Below, piece after piece: positions 1 through 8,747 of a stretch of 32,000 nt of DNA; position 1 is the first letter of the stretch, and each line of letters starts with the position of its first letter. The notes under the pieces were generated by a model. The model saw nothing but the letters and a program-made list of their open reading frames with translations, was not told the origin of the DNA and searched no databases. A program made the position numbers and the translations under genes. The stretch lies in NCBI GenBank assembly GCA_017609285.1, contig JAFCEE010000005.1:18629-50628 (forward strand), written 5' to 3'. The DNA comes from Candidatus Pacearchaeota archaeon. GTDB lineage: Archaea; Nanobdellota; Nanobdellia; Pacearchaeales; GW2011-AR1.

Positions 1-315
1 GGTTTATTTCCTTTACTTTTAAGTTCTCTGAATGGTTATGTTTTGGGTTTTGTTTTTGAAAGAACTGTAAAAGTGGGAGGTTATGGAGTTTTGTGGAGGA
101 TTTTTCCTCACGGAATTTTTGAATTGCCTGCTTTAATAATCTCTCTTGGTTTAGGTTTAAGATTAGGAATGTCTATTTTTTCTAGGAAAAAAGATATAAA
201 AAAAGAATTTCTTTACAATTTAGAGAGCTCTTTAAGAGTTTTTTTGTTTATAGTGCTTCCTTTATTGTTGGCAGCAGCAATAATTGAATCTGCTTTAATT
301 TTTTTGTTAGGATAG
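1..315 (+). CDS. SpoIIM/DUF95-like integral membrane protein, 5' end cut by window edge
   Basis: Frame 1 is open from base 1 (GLFPLLLSSLNGYVLGF...) into the tracked ORF 43..315. The helix FPHGIFELPALIISLGLGLRLG is the hallmark motif of SpoIIM/DUF95 membrane proteins. Stop TAG at 313-315. Confidence 0.55.
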   Translation, partial: GLFPLLLSSLNGYVLGFVFERTVKVGGYGVLWRIFPHGIFELPALIISLGLGLRLGMSIFSRKKDIKKEFLYNLESSLRVFLFIVLPLLLAAAIIESALIFLLG

Positions 316-389
316 AAATTCTACTCTGTATAAAAATATATGGTTTCGATTATAATAATATTTATATATGGGATTCAGGACATTTAAAC

Positions 390-1298
390 ATGTCGGGTCA
401 TTCAGGAATTTCAGAGTTGCTTGTTCAAACTGGAGCTTATAGAGATTTAGATAAGCCAGTTATTCTCACTTCTGGTCAGCTGGGAATTTTTTATATTAAT
501 ACTGAAAAGTTAGTTCAAGATGATGGAGAGTGGAAGTTGTATAGTGAGGATTCTAAGGCTATGATTCGTCATGCTGTAGGGATGATGCATAAAAAACCAA
601 CATTTAGAAAGGTTATAGAAATATTAAAGAAGAGAGTCGTAACACTTCTCAGAAATTCACCTCCTTGTGATGGACATGCAATTTCAGGAGGACAGAGAAG
701 AGACTGGTTGTTTTCTGGTCCTGTTGCTGCTCAATTAAATCTACCCCACATCTCTGTTTATAAAGATGGAAGAGTAGAGGTAATTCCTGCTTGTGGTGGT
801 CTTGAAGATTTAGGAGATGTTGTGGATTTACATATTTCAGACTTGCTTACTGAAGGAAGCAGTTGTTATAGAATTGAGGATGGAGAAGAAAAAGGTTGGG
901 TTTCTGAGGTGAGAAGAATTGGTGCAAAGATTAATGATTTAATTTGTGTAGTTACGAGATTACAAGGAGGGGAGGAAAGATTATCTGAACAAAAGGTTAC
1001 AGTACATCCATTTGTTACTATCGATGAAGCTTTTTTAGGACAATATTCAAATGAGCCAGAGAGAGCTTTAGCTTATCACAAAGATCCTACTGCTTGGAGT
1101 GAATCTTATTTGAGAGAAAATGGAGCTTTAGCTCTAGTAAGTGCTTTTGATCCTAAAGGAGGCAAGTTAGATAGAGCAAAAAAGTTTTGGGATAGGTATG
1201 GAACCATAATTATGGAGTCTGGAAAATATGAAGAATTTGATTCTGCTTTAAGAGAAAAATATGGTCAAAGTTTAGGAGAGTTGGTAGGAGGAGATTAA
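390..1298 (+). CDS. pyrE: Orotate phosphoribosyltransferase-like protein (long, divergent)
   Basis: VILTSGQLGIFYIN resembles the OPRTase N-terminal substrate motif. VVDLHISDLLTEGSS is a PRTase PRPP-binding loop. The stop lies 1 nt before the OMP decarboxylase start. At 302 aa it is about 100 aa longer than usual OPRTases (internal insert plus C-terminal extension). Confidence 0.6.
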   Translation: MSGHSGISELLVQTGAYRDLDKPVILTSGQLGIFYINTEKLVQDDGEWKLYSEDSKAMIRHAVGMMHKKPTFRKVIEILKKRVVTLLRNSPPCDGHAISGGQRRDWLFSGPVAAQLNLPHISVYKDGRVEVIPACGGLEDLGDVVDLHISDLLTEGSSCYRIEDGEEKGWVSEVRRIGAKINDLICVVTRLQGGEERLSEQKVTVHPFVTIDEAFLGQYSNEPERALAYHKDPTAWSESYLRENGALALVSAFDPKGGKLDRAKKFWDRYGTIIMESGKYEEFDSALREKYGQSLGELVGGD

Positions 1299-1299
1299 A

Positions 1300-2067
1300 G
1301 TGACAAGAATAATTCAAATAAATAAGAGTGTGATTCCTGCTTGCGATGTTGATTTAGAGACTTTTAAAAGGATTGTTAGAGAGACAGGGGATTTGGATAA
1401 GATAGGGGGATATAAAATACCTGCAAAATCTGGTAGAAAAGGGTGGGAAACTTGGGTAAAGATAGCAAGAGAGAATACAGATAAACCATTAATTTATGAT
1501 CATCAAAAAGCTGGGACAGATATTCCTTATACAGGAGCAAGTTTTATGGAAGAGCTTAAGGAAGCAGGGTTTGACGCTGTTATATTGTTTCCAGAATCAG
1601 GACCAGTTACACAATATGAATGGACAATAGCTGCCCAAAAAATTGGTTTAGGTGTAATAGTTGGGGGCGAAATGACCCATCCAAGATATTTGGCTGATGA
1701 TTTTACTGAAGGCAATAATGTTAATTATACAGAAATTTTTAGAGAGCTCGGATTTACTCGGGGTTTGTCTGGTTTTATAAGAGGAACTGGTCCTGAAGAC
1801 ATGTATGAATTAGCAGCTAGGATGGGAGTAACTGATTTTGTTGTTCCTGGAAATAAGCCGGATAGTATAAAAACTCATAGAAGAACTATTGAACTTACTG
1901 GTGTTAGAGAATATGCTCTATATGCTCCCGGATTTGTCGCTCAAGGTGGAGAAATAAGTGAAGGAGGAAAAGTTGCAGGAGATAGATTTCACGCTATTGT
2001 AGGTAGGGGAATTTATAGAGCAGAGAATATGAGGGAAGCTGCAGAAGAACTTATCTCTAAACTTTAA
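1300..2067 (+). CDS. pyrF: Orotidine 5'-phosphate decarboxylase
   Basis: GTG start. Family blocks are present: IPACDVD (ALD-type strand), GYKIP, YDHQKAGTDIPYT (region of the DxKxxD catalytic motif), GEMTHP, APGFVAQGG and AIVGRGIY, in the order seen in archaeal OMPDC. Confidence 0.75.
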   Translation: MTRIIQINKSVIPACDVDLETFKRIVRETGDLDKIGGYKIPAKSGRKGWETWVKIARENTDKPLIYDHQKAGTDIPYTGASFMEELKEAGFDAVILFPESGPVTQYEWTIAAQKIGLGVIVGGEMTHPRYLADDFTEGNNVNYTEIFRELGFTRGLSGFIRGTGPEDMYELAARMGVTDFVVPGNKPDSIKTHRRTIELTGVREYALYAPGFVAQGGEISEGGKVAGDRFHAIVGRGIYRAENMREAAEELISKL

Positions 2068-2082
2068 ATTTTCAAATTTAAA

Positions 2083-3159
2083 ATGATAGATCCACATACA
2101 CATTGTAGAGATTGGGAACAGAGACATAAAGAAACTATTGAACATGCTTTATCTGTAGCTGAAAGAATTGGTCTATCTGGAATTTTTGACATGCCTAATA
2201 CAGACCCTCCTGTAGATTCTTATGAGTTAGTTGCTAGAAGATTATTTGATGCCGAAAGAATTGGTTCAGATGTTTTTTATGGTTTATATGTTGGGTTAAC
2301 TTCAAATCCCAGACAGATTAAAGAAGCTGTTAGAGCATGGAGAGACTTTTTTCCTGTTCATGAACAGAAGAGAGTGGGTGTTGTTGGTTTGAAAATGTTT
2401 GCTGGTCATTCTATTGGCAATTTAGGAATAGTAGAGGAAGATGACCAAAAATTAGTTTACAAAACTTTAGCTGAGGAGGGTTATGAAGGAGTTTTAGCAG
2501 TTCATTGTGAAAAAGAATCTTTATTAAAGCCCGAATTATGGAATCCTTCTAATCCAATTAGTCATTGTTATGTTAGGCCTCAAAGAGCTGAAGTAGAATC
2601 TGTATTAGATCAGATAAGATTTGCAGAAAAAGCAGATTTTCTAGGGCATTTACATATCCTTCATGTTTCTGTTCCCGAAACAGTTGAATTAATTGATGCT
2701 GCAAGAAAAAAAGGAATGAGAATATCATGCGGAGTGACTCCACATCACTGTGTTTTAAATACAGACTATATGGGATTAGAGAAAGGAATTTTGTATAAAG
2801 TAAATCCTCCCCTAAGAAGCCCTTCTGATGCTGAGAGAATGTTAGAGTATTTGATGGAAGGAAGGGTAGATTGGATAGAGACAGATCATGCTCCTCACAC
2901 TTGTGGTGAAAAACAAGGAAAAGATGAAAAATATATGTCAGGATTTCCTGGTTTACCATTTTTTCCTCATTTTTTGGAACTTTTGAGAAAAAAAGAAGTG
3001 CCTGGAGAAAGAATTCAAGATTTAACTTATAATAACATAGTAAGGATTTTTGGTTTAAGATTACCTTACTCTAAAAGACCAGAACTAAACTTAACTTTGC
3101 ATACTGAGTATGAAGTAGATGTTTATAAACCATTAAGAGAAAGATGGCAAGGACAATAG
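2083..3159 (+). CDS. pyrC: Dihydroorotase (amidohydrolase superfamily)
   Basis: IDPHTHCRD metal-binding HxH, DMPNTDPP, AVHCE, HILHVS, TPHHCVLN, VNPPLRS and ETDHAPH all match the DHOase motif series in the correct order. Confidence 0.8.
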   Translation: MIDPHTHCRDWEQRHKETIEHALSVAERIGLSGIFDMPNTDPPVDSYELVARRLFDAERIGSDVFYGLYVGLTSNPRQIKEAVRAWRDFFPVHEQKRVGVVGLKMFAGHSIGNLGIVEEDDQKLVYKTLAEEGYEGVLAVHCEKESLLKPELWNPSNPISHCYVRPQRAEVESVLDQIRFAEKADFLGHLHILHVSVPETVELIDAARKKGMRISCGVTPHHCVLNTDYMGLEKGILYKVNPPLRSPSDAERMLEYLMEGRVDWIETDHAPHTCGEKQGKDEKYMSGFPGLPFFPHFLELLRKKEVPGERIQDLTYNNIVRIFGLRLPYSKRPELNLTLHTEYEVDVYKPLRERWQGQ

Positions 3160-4778
3160 GAAGAAGAAAGATAGGAGATAAAGAAGTAATGCCTTTTACT
3201 ATTCCTTCTGGAATCATTACCACAGAATTTCAAACTTTAGAGAGAATAGCTAATGAAGTTGATGGAATAGGAATCTTAACAACAAAATCGATAGGTCCTG
3301 AACCAAGAAAAGGAAATAGAGAACCTATTTTGCTTCAATATATGCCTGGTGGTTTTATGAATGCAGTTGGCTTAACTAATTATGGAGTAGAAGAATCTGC
3401 TAAAAGATTATCTCAAATTACAATTCCTAGAGAGAAGTTTTTGTTAGCGAATGTTTTTGGCAAGACTCCAGAAGAATTTTCTTATGTTGTTAGAAGTCTA
3501 GAGGGTGCGGTTGGAGAGCAAATTGATGGTTTTGAATTAAATTTAAGTTGTCCTCATGCAGAAAAAGTTGGAATGGCTATTGGAACAGATCCTGTTATGG
3601 TGAGAGATGTAACAAGACATGTAATTTTTGTAACAGATAAACCTGTTTTTGTAAAATTAACTCCAAATGTTCCAAACATAGGGCAAATAGCTGAAGCTGC
3701 TGTAGAAGGAGGAGCTTATGGAATTACTGCTATTAACACAGTTGGTCCTGGTTATTATACAATCGATGGACATCCCACTTTAACTAACGTTGTTGGTGGT
3801 ATTAGTGGACGAGGCATTTTACCTATAGGATTAAAATGTGTAAGAGATATCAGACAGGCTGTTGGAAAAGATATCCCTATAATTGGAATGGGAGGAATTT
3901 CTACAGCTAAAGATGTTAGAACTTATGATGAAGCGGGAGCTGATTTTTTTGGTATTGGTTCAGCTTTAGTTGAAATGGATGATAATGATTTAAGAAAGTA
4001 TTTCTCAGTTTTAGTTAAGGATTTAAGAGAAGGAACTAATAATGCTGAAAAATTATTAAAAGAGGTTGATATGAGTTATAGAAAAATTAAAGTAAGTGAT
4101 AAAATAACTTCTGCTTGTGATTTAAAGGTATTAGTAACTGATACTTCTATAGAAGCTGAACCTGGACAATTTGTTTTTGCTTGGATTCCTGGTGTTGGGG
4201 AAAAACCTTTTTCTGTAATGGATGATGCTCCATTAACTTTAGGAATTTTGGGAAGAGGAGAGTTTACAAGAGCTATTAATTCCTTAGAGCCGGGAGACAG
4301 TTTTTATTATAGAGGTCCTTATGGTAAAGGAGTTGATATTCCTAATAATGTTTATGTAACTTTAGTTGGAGGAGGATGTGGTATTGCTGGTCTTTACTTG
4401 CCTGCTAAAAAGTTAAGTGAAAATCATCAGATTTTTACTTTTCTTGGAGCTAAAGATAGAGAACATTTACTATATTTAGAACAATTCAAAAGATTTGGTT
4501 CTGTTCATGTTGCTACTGAAGACGGAAGTTTAGGAACGAGAGGGTTAATTACAGATTTATTTGAAGGAAGAGAGTTCCCTCCTGAAACTTATTTTTTGAA
4601 TTGCGGTCCTAGAGAAATGCTTGAGGCTGTTTTACCTTTAGAATTAAAAATTACAAGTTCCGAAAGAATTTATTCTTCTGTTGATTATATGACTAAGTGT
4701 GGTGTTGGTTTGTGTGGAAGTTGTGCTGATGAAAGAGGCAGGAGAACTTGTGTAGAAGGACCTTTTATGAAAGCTTAG
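3144..4778 (+). CDS. pyrD: Dihydroorotate dehydrogenase class 1B catalytic domain fused to PyrK-like electron-transfer (FAD/NAD, 2Fe-2S) domain
   Basis: The N-terminal ~300 aa carry PFTIPSG, TTKSIGPEPRKGN, ELNLSCPH (active-site Cys), INTVGPG and GMGGIS, as in PyrD. The C-terminal ~235 aa carry PGQFVF...EKPFSV, YYRGPYGKG, LVGGGCGIAG, NCGPREM and KCGVGLCGSCADERGRRTCVEGPF (4 Cys), as in PyrK. It is one uninterrupted ORF of 544 aa and overlaps the pyrC stop by 16 nt. Confidence 0.8.
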   Translation: MARTIGRRKIGDKEVMPFTIPSGIITTEFQTLERIANEVDGIGILTTKSIGPEPRKGNREPILLQYMPGGFMNAVGLTNYGVEESAKRLSQITIPREKFLLANVFGKTPEEFSYVVRSLEGAVGEQIDGFELNLSCPHAEKVGMAIGTDPVMVRDVTRHVIFVTDKPVFVKLTPNVPNIGQIAEAAVEGGAYGITAINTVGPGYYTIDGHPTLTNVVGGISGRGILPIGLKCVRDIRQAVGKDIPIIGMGGISTAKDVRTYDEAGADFFGIGSALVEMDDNDLRKYFSVLVKDLREGTNNAEKLLKEVDMSYRKIKVSDKITSACDLKVLVTDTSIEAEPGQFVFAWIPGVGEKPFSVMDDAPLTLGILGRGEFTRAINSLEPGDSFYYRGPYGKGVDIPNNVYVTLVGGGCGIAGLYLPAKKLSENHQIFTFLGAKDREHLLYLEQFKRFGSVHVATEDGSLGTRGLITDLFEGREFPPETYFLNCGPREMLEAVLPLELKITSSERIYSSVDYMTKCGVGLCGSCADERGRRTCVEGPFMKA

Positions 4779-6001
4779 AAAAATTTGTTCAATCTGGTTT
4801 GCTTTCCATACTCGCGAAGAAGCCAGCTTTTATTTTTGAATATAGAAATTGGCAGTTTAAGTCTTTTTTGTGCTGCATCTAAAGCTTCTTTTATTGTAGA
4901 AAATTTTTCAGGCTTGTTTTTAAAAGCTTCTCGAGATACTTCTCTTAGTATGCCTACTCCTAAAGGAGCATAATATTCTTTGCGACATTCTCTCATAACA
5001 AGGCAGGAAGCTTGTCTTTTTTTCGCTTCAAGATATTCGCATAAAGCTAAACGATTAGCATAATAAGCTCCTGTCACTTCTGAAGCATAAGTCTTTCTTC
5101 CTTGAAAGCTTTCATAATCCTGCATTATTGCAACCTCTTTTGAAAAAGGATTCCAGACAGAGCCAGACATTTTAGCTTCTATAACCTCAAAAGAAAATTT
5201 TTCAGGCAATAAAAGAAATTCATAATGATTTCCTACATATTCGCTATGAAAAAGTAAAATTTCAGAAATTTCTTGGTATAAACGGATTTTTTTTAGTAAT
5301 ATTTTACTTAGAGTATCGTCAGTAGCTGTGATGGCCCATCTCGTCGGTACGAGTTTTCTTTTTGTCTTTTGTCCGAGTAAACCTGCAGATAAAACCTTTA
5401 TTATATTGCTTACTCTTATATTTGATTTATATAATTCAGAAATAGCGACAACAGCCTTGGCATCTGTATCTCCAACAATATATTCAACTTTTCTTGGTAT
5501 AAAAGGATTTTCTTCTAACCTTATTTTTTTAACTGGCGCAGGATTCCCTATTATAGGAACATGTTTGTCTGGGTTGATATTATATCTCGGCGGTTTTTTA
5601 AGGAAAATCTCTGTATCAATATGTTTGCTAGCCATACTTATTTCTTGCATTAGTTGTAAGAAACGAGAGGATTTCCTTGCGTCTTTAACTTTTGATTTAG
5701 CTCTAGCATAAATTAGTTCGCTTCTTAAACTCAGAATTTTTTCTATACTAAAGTTTTTGGAGTGCCATAACTCAGGCAGACTATAAGATTCTGTATCTCC
5801 ATGCTGTTGAGGAGAGAGTATGCCCGTGTTTATATTTGGATAATTAAACCTGCCAACAAAAATTTCTGGTGGACTCGAACCAGAAAAATGTGTTTTTGTT
5901 TTCCCTAAAAATTTAAATTTAGCTAAAATTGGGCAAGGTTTTCCGCAATAACCTCTACCTTTACATCTACTACACAATTCAGAATCAAATAGAGCTTCCA
6001 T
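4775..6001 (-). CDS. Archaeal NreA-like (DUF650/DUF651) putative DNA-repair protein
   Basis: 408 aa with an N-terminal Cys cluster, CSRCKGRGYCGKPCPIL. From memory this cluster and the size match the archaeal Nre family. The stop overlaps the convergent pyrD-K stop. Family call is from recollection only. Confidence 0.4.
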   Translation of the reverse strand: MEALFDSELCSRCKGRGYCGKPCPILAKFKFLGKTKTHFSGSSPPEIFVGRFNYPNINTGILSPQQHGDTESYSLPELWHSKNFSIEKILSLRSELIYARAKSKVKDARKSSRFLQLMQEISMASKHIDTEIFLKKPPRYNINPDKHVPIIGNPAPVKKIRLEENPFIPRKVEYIVGDTDAKAVVAISELYKSNIRVSNIIKVLSAGLLGQKTKRKLVPTRWAITATDDTLSKILLKKIRLYQEISEILLFHSEYVGNHYEFLLLPEKFSFEVIEAKMSGSVWNPFSKEVAIMQDYESFQGRKTYASEVTGAYYANRLALCEYLEAKKRQASCLVMRECRKEYYAPLGVGILREVSREAFKNKPEKFSTIKEALDAAQKRLKLPISIFKNKSWLLREYGKQTRLNKFF

Positions 6002-6046
6002 ACTATAATAAATAGAAAGAGGTATTAATATTTTTGTGACTGCTTT

Positions 6047-6256
6047 TTATTCCCGCAAATCACTTATGCCTAGTAAGATAAAAAGTACACCTATCATAAC
6101 TACGAACCAGAAAACACCGCCTTTTAAAACAATCCATGCCGCATTCCAAAAATTTAGAGACTTACCTGCCAATACCCACGACTGTGAGTAATAACCTACT
6201 AAAATCATTCCTATTACAAGTACTAAACCTAGTAACAATTCAAGCCATTTATTCAT
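6047..6256 (-). CDS. Small integral membrane protein (2-3 TM), unknown function
   Basis: 69-aa ORF made almost entirely of hydrophobic helices (LLLGLVLVIGMILVGYY, GGVFWFVVMIGVLFILLGI). Sits alone between NreA-like and the RecJ-like gene. Confidence 0.4.
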   Translation of the reverse strand: MNKWLELLLGLVLVIGMILVGYYSQSWVLAGKSLNFWNAAWIVLKGGVFWFVVMIGVLFILLGISDLRE

Positions 6257-6348
6257 ACAGATTTTAGAAACTCGAACTTTAAAAATCTTTCTGTAATTGT
6301 GGTTTAGAAAGAAATTTAAATGTTCTTAAATAGTTTCGAGTAGAGAAA

Positions 6349-7395
6349 ATGTTAACTGAAAAGCAAATTTCTGAGATTAGAGAACATCTTGATAAGGCGC
6401 AGAACCCCTTATTCTTTTTTGATAATGATGCAGATGGTTTGTGCAGTTTTTTATTGTTGGCTAGGTATGCGGGGAAAGGTAAGGGGGTTGCTATAAAAAG
6501 TTTTCCTGATTTAAACCAGAGTTATGTGAGAAAATTGTATGAGTTAAAACCAGATTATATCTTTGTATTGGACAAACCCTTAATCTCTAAAGACTTTCTT
6601 GAAGAGGCGAGGAAATTAGGTTTGCCTTTGGTATGGATCGACCACCATGATGTTGAGATAGAAAATTTTGAGGACATAAGCTATTATAATCCCATAAAAC
6701 AAGAGAAGAAAAGTTCAGAACCAGTAACTTATCTTGCTTATAGAGTTTCTAAGAGAAAAGAGGATATATGGTTGGCTATTTGTGGTTGTATAGGAGATAA
6801 TTTTTTACCTGATTTTATTGATGAGTTTGCAAAAAAATATAGGGAATTATGGAAACAAGATATAAAAACAGCTTTTCAGGCTTTATATGAAACAGATATT
6901 GGCAAGATAACAAGAGTTTTGAGTTTTGCTTTAAAAGACAGGACCAGTAATGTTGTTAGAATGCTGAAATTTTTGTTAAAAGTAAAAAGTCCAAGAGAGA
7001 TTTTGATTGATGAGCCCAAAAACCACATATTATTTAGGTTTAATCAAGTTAACAAAAAATACCAAAAATTAATAGAGAAAGCAAGGAACTTTGTTTCAGG
7101 AAAAAAACTTATTTATTTTCAGCATGGTGGCGATTTGTCATTAAGCGCTGATATTGCCAATGAACTAAGTTACAGATTTCCTGGAAAAATAATAGTTGTG
7201 GCTTATATGAAAGGTACAAAAGCTAATCTCTCTTTAAGAGGGAAAGGGGTTAAAAGAATAACCTTAGAAGCTATTAAAGGATTAAAAGATGCGACAGGTG
7301 GCGGTCATGAAGACGCAACTGGAGCTAAAATTAATATTGGGGATTTATCAAAATTTAAGGAAAGGATAGAAGAGCTGATAGAACAAGGTTTTTAA
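6349..7395 (+). CDS. DHH/DHHA1 phosphoesterase, RecJ-like
   Basis: DHH motifs appear in order: FFFDNDADGLCS (motifs I/II, RecJ-like DxDxDG), WIDHHD (DHH) and GGGHEDATGA (DHHA1 GGGH). At 348 aa it is shorter than typical archaeal RecJ/GAN. Confidence 0.7.
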   Translation: MLTEKQISEIREHLDKAQNPLFFFDNDADGLCSFLLLARYAGKGKGVAIKSFPDLNQSYVRKLYELKPDYIFVLDKPLISKDFLEEARKLGLPLVWIDHHDVEIENFEDISYYNPIKQEKKSSEPVTYLAYRVSKRKEDIWLAICGCIGDNFLPDFIDEFAKKYRELWKQDIKTAFQALYETDIGKITRVLSFALKDRTSNVVRMLKFLLKVKSPREILIDEPKNHILFRFNQVNKKYQKLIEKARNFVSGKKLIYFQHGGDLSLSADIANELSYRFPGKIIVVAYMKGTKANLSLRGKGVKRITLEAIKGLKDATGGGHEDATGAKINIGDLSKFKERIEELIEQGF

Positions 7396-7492
7396 ATTGG
7401 ATTTTTCTTTACAAAAGATGGAAATAGAATTAATCTTGGAATGTGCAGCAATTCCGATATAGATAATTCTAATTTATTCTAAAATTTTAAAA

Positions 7493-8419
7493 ATGGATAC
7501 TTTAGAACCAATTAAGCCCCTTAATATTAAACGAGGGATGAAAGTGTCTGATTTAGTTGAGGATATGAAAAGTCTCGGATTCCAAGCAAGGAAAATTGGT
7601 GAGGCAGGAGAAATTCTTAAAGAAATGTTTGATGATGAGAAATGCAAAATTTTTGTCGGGTTGGCTGGAGCATTAGTTCCTGCTGGAATGAAAAAAATTA
7701 TAATTAGTTTGCTTGATGAAACAGATGTTTTTGTAAGCACAGGAGCAAATTTAACACATGACTTAATTGAAGCTTTAGGCGGAAAACATTATCAAGGTTC
7801 AGAATTAGTAGATGATTCTGAACTTAATAAAGAAGGCATAGACCGTATTTATGATGTTTTTATGAAATCAGAAGTTTATGAAAAGTTAGATGATTTTTTT
7901 GATAAAAACTGGCAAGAATTAGAAAAAGCTAAAACAACAAAAGAGCTTCTATGGAAAATTGGTAGCTTGTTGAAAGTGAAAAAAGATGAGAGCATATTAA
8001 AAAAATGTTACGAGGAAAAAATCCCAATATTCTGTCCTGCTCTTGCTGATTCTGGAATTGGCTTAATGATTTGGGGGAATAAGGCGAGAGGAAAAGAAAT
8101 TTTTATTGATGCTTTTGAAGATATGAAAAAGATAATTGATTTTGCATGGAAAAATAAGAAGAAAGGGGTGGTTTATATTGGGGGTGGAGTTCCAAAAAAT
8201 TTTATTCAACAGGCAATGCAGTTTTCAACTCCAGCTTCTTATGGCATACAGATAACAACTGATAAAGAGGAATATGGAGGTTCAAGCGGAGCAAAATTAA
8301 AAGAAGGTATAAGTTGGGGCAAGATGTCACAAGAAGGAAAATTTGTAAATGTAAGTTGTGACGCTACAATTGCCTTGCCTTTAATTTTAAGTTATGCTTT
8401 AGAGAAAAAGGATAAGTAA
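7493..8419 (+). CDS. dys: Deoxyhypusine synthase
   Basis: GANLTHDLIEALG, IPIFCPALADSGIG, YIGGGVPKNFIQQ and EEYGGSSGAKLKEGISWGK are characteristic DHS blocks. 308 aa. Confidence 0.85.
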   Translation: MDTLEPIKPLNIKRGMKVSDLVEDMKSLGFQARKIGEAGEILKEMFDDEKCKIFVGLAGALVPAGMKKIIISLLDETDVFVSTGANLTHDLIEALGGKHYQGSELVDDSELNKEGIDRIYDVFMKSEVYEKLDDFFDKNWQELEKAKTTKELLWKIGSLLKVKKDESILKKCYEEKIPIFCPALADSGIGLMIWGNKARGKEIFIDAFEDMKKIIDFAWKNKKKGVVYIGGGVPKNFIQQAMQFSTPASYGIQITTDKEEYGGSSGAKLKEGISWGKMSQEGKFVNVSCDATIALPLILSYALEKKDK

Positions 8420-8420
8420 G

Positions 8421-8747
8421 ATGAAAAGGAGAAACGAGATTTTAATAGATTTGTATGATTGTAAGAAAAATTTTTCCAAAAAAAATATTAGAGAGTATGT
8501 AAATAAGTTATGTAAGATAATTGAAATGAAAAAACATGGAAAAACAATAATATGGGATGATAAGAGAAAAGAGTTCGAAGGATTTTCAGCTTTCCAATTT
8601 ATTAAAACATCTTCTATAGTATTGCATAATTTTGATAAAGATTGTTATATTGATATTTTTTCTTGCAAAAAATTTGATTTTAATAAAGCAGCTAATTTTA
8701 CAAAGAAATTTTTTAAAGCTAGGAAAGTAAAAATTAAGAGAATTTAA
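8421..8747 (+). CDS. speH: S-adenosylmethionine decarboxylase-like (SpeH/SpeD class 1) pyruvoyl proenzyme
   Basis: ILIDLYDC at the N-terminus. FIKTSSIVLHNFDKDCYIDIFSCKKFD aligns to the family block LLAESHISIHTWPE..YaaiDvFTCG, with the processing Ser, the downstream His and the Cys retained. Starts 2 nt after the dys stop. Confidence 0.6.
   Translation: MKRRNEILIDLYDCKKNFSKKNIREYVNKLCKIIEMKKHGKTIIWDDKRKEFEGFSAFQFIKTSSIVLHNFDKDCYIDIFSCKKFDFNKAANFTKKFFKARKVKIKRI

Noticed and set aside
2573-2959. 128-aa ORF antisense to pyrC. The same applies to the other tracked antisense ORFs inside the pyr genes (1527..1715 and 1918..2145).
   Set aside because: It lies wholly inside a confidently identified gene on the other strand. 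The translation is low-complexity (Leu/Phe/Ser-rich) with no motif. This is the typical shadow ORF of an AT-rich coding region.
5328-5711. 127-aa ORF antisense to the NreA-like gene (also 4785..4973).
   Set aside because: Fully nested antisense ORF. Its hydrophobic, low-complexity translation arises from the complement of Lys/Glu-rich codons. There is no start context or SD.
390-6001. Apparent higher GC (about 37-40% in lines I counted) of the pyr block and NreA-like gene versus about 18-32% elsewhere, as a sign of horizontal acquisition.
   Set aside because: This rests on only a handful of 60-nt lines counted by hand. Conserved Gly/Ala-rich enzymes elsewhere reach the same or higher GC (dys about 35%, ftsZ about 47% in one line). 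The shift is therefore explained by protein composition. No flanking tRNA, integrase or repeat marks an island boundary.
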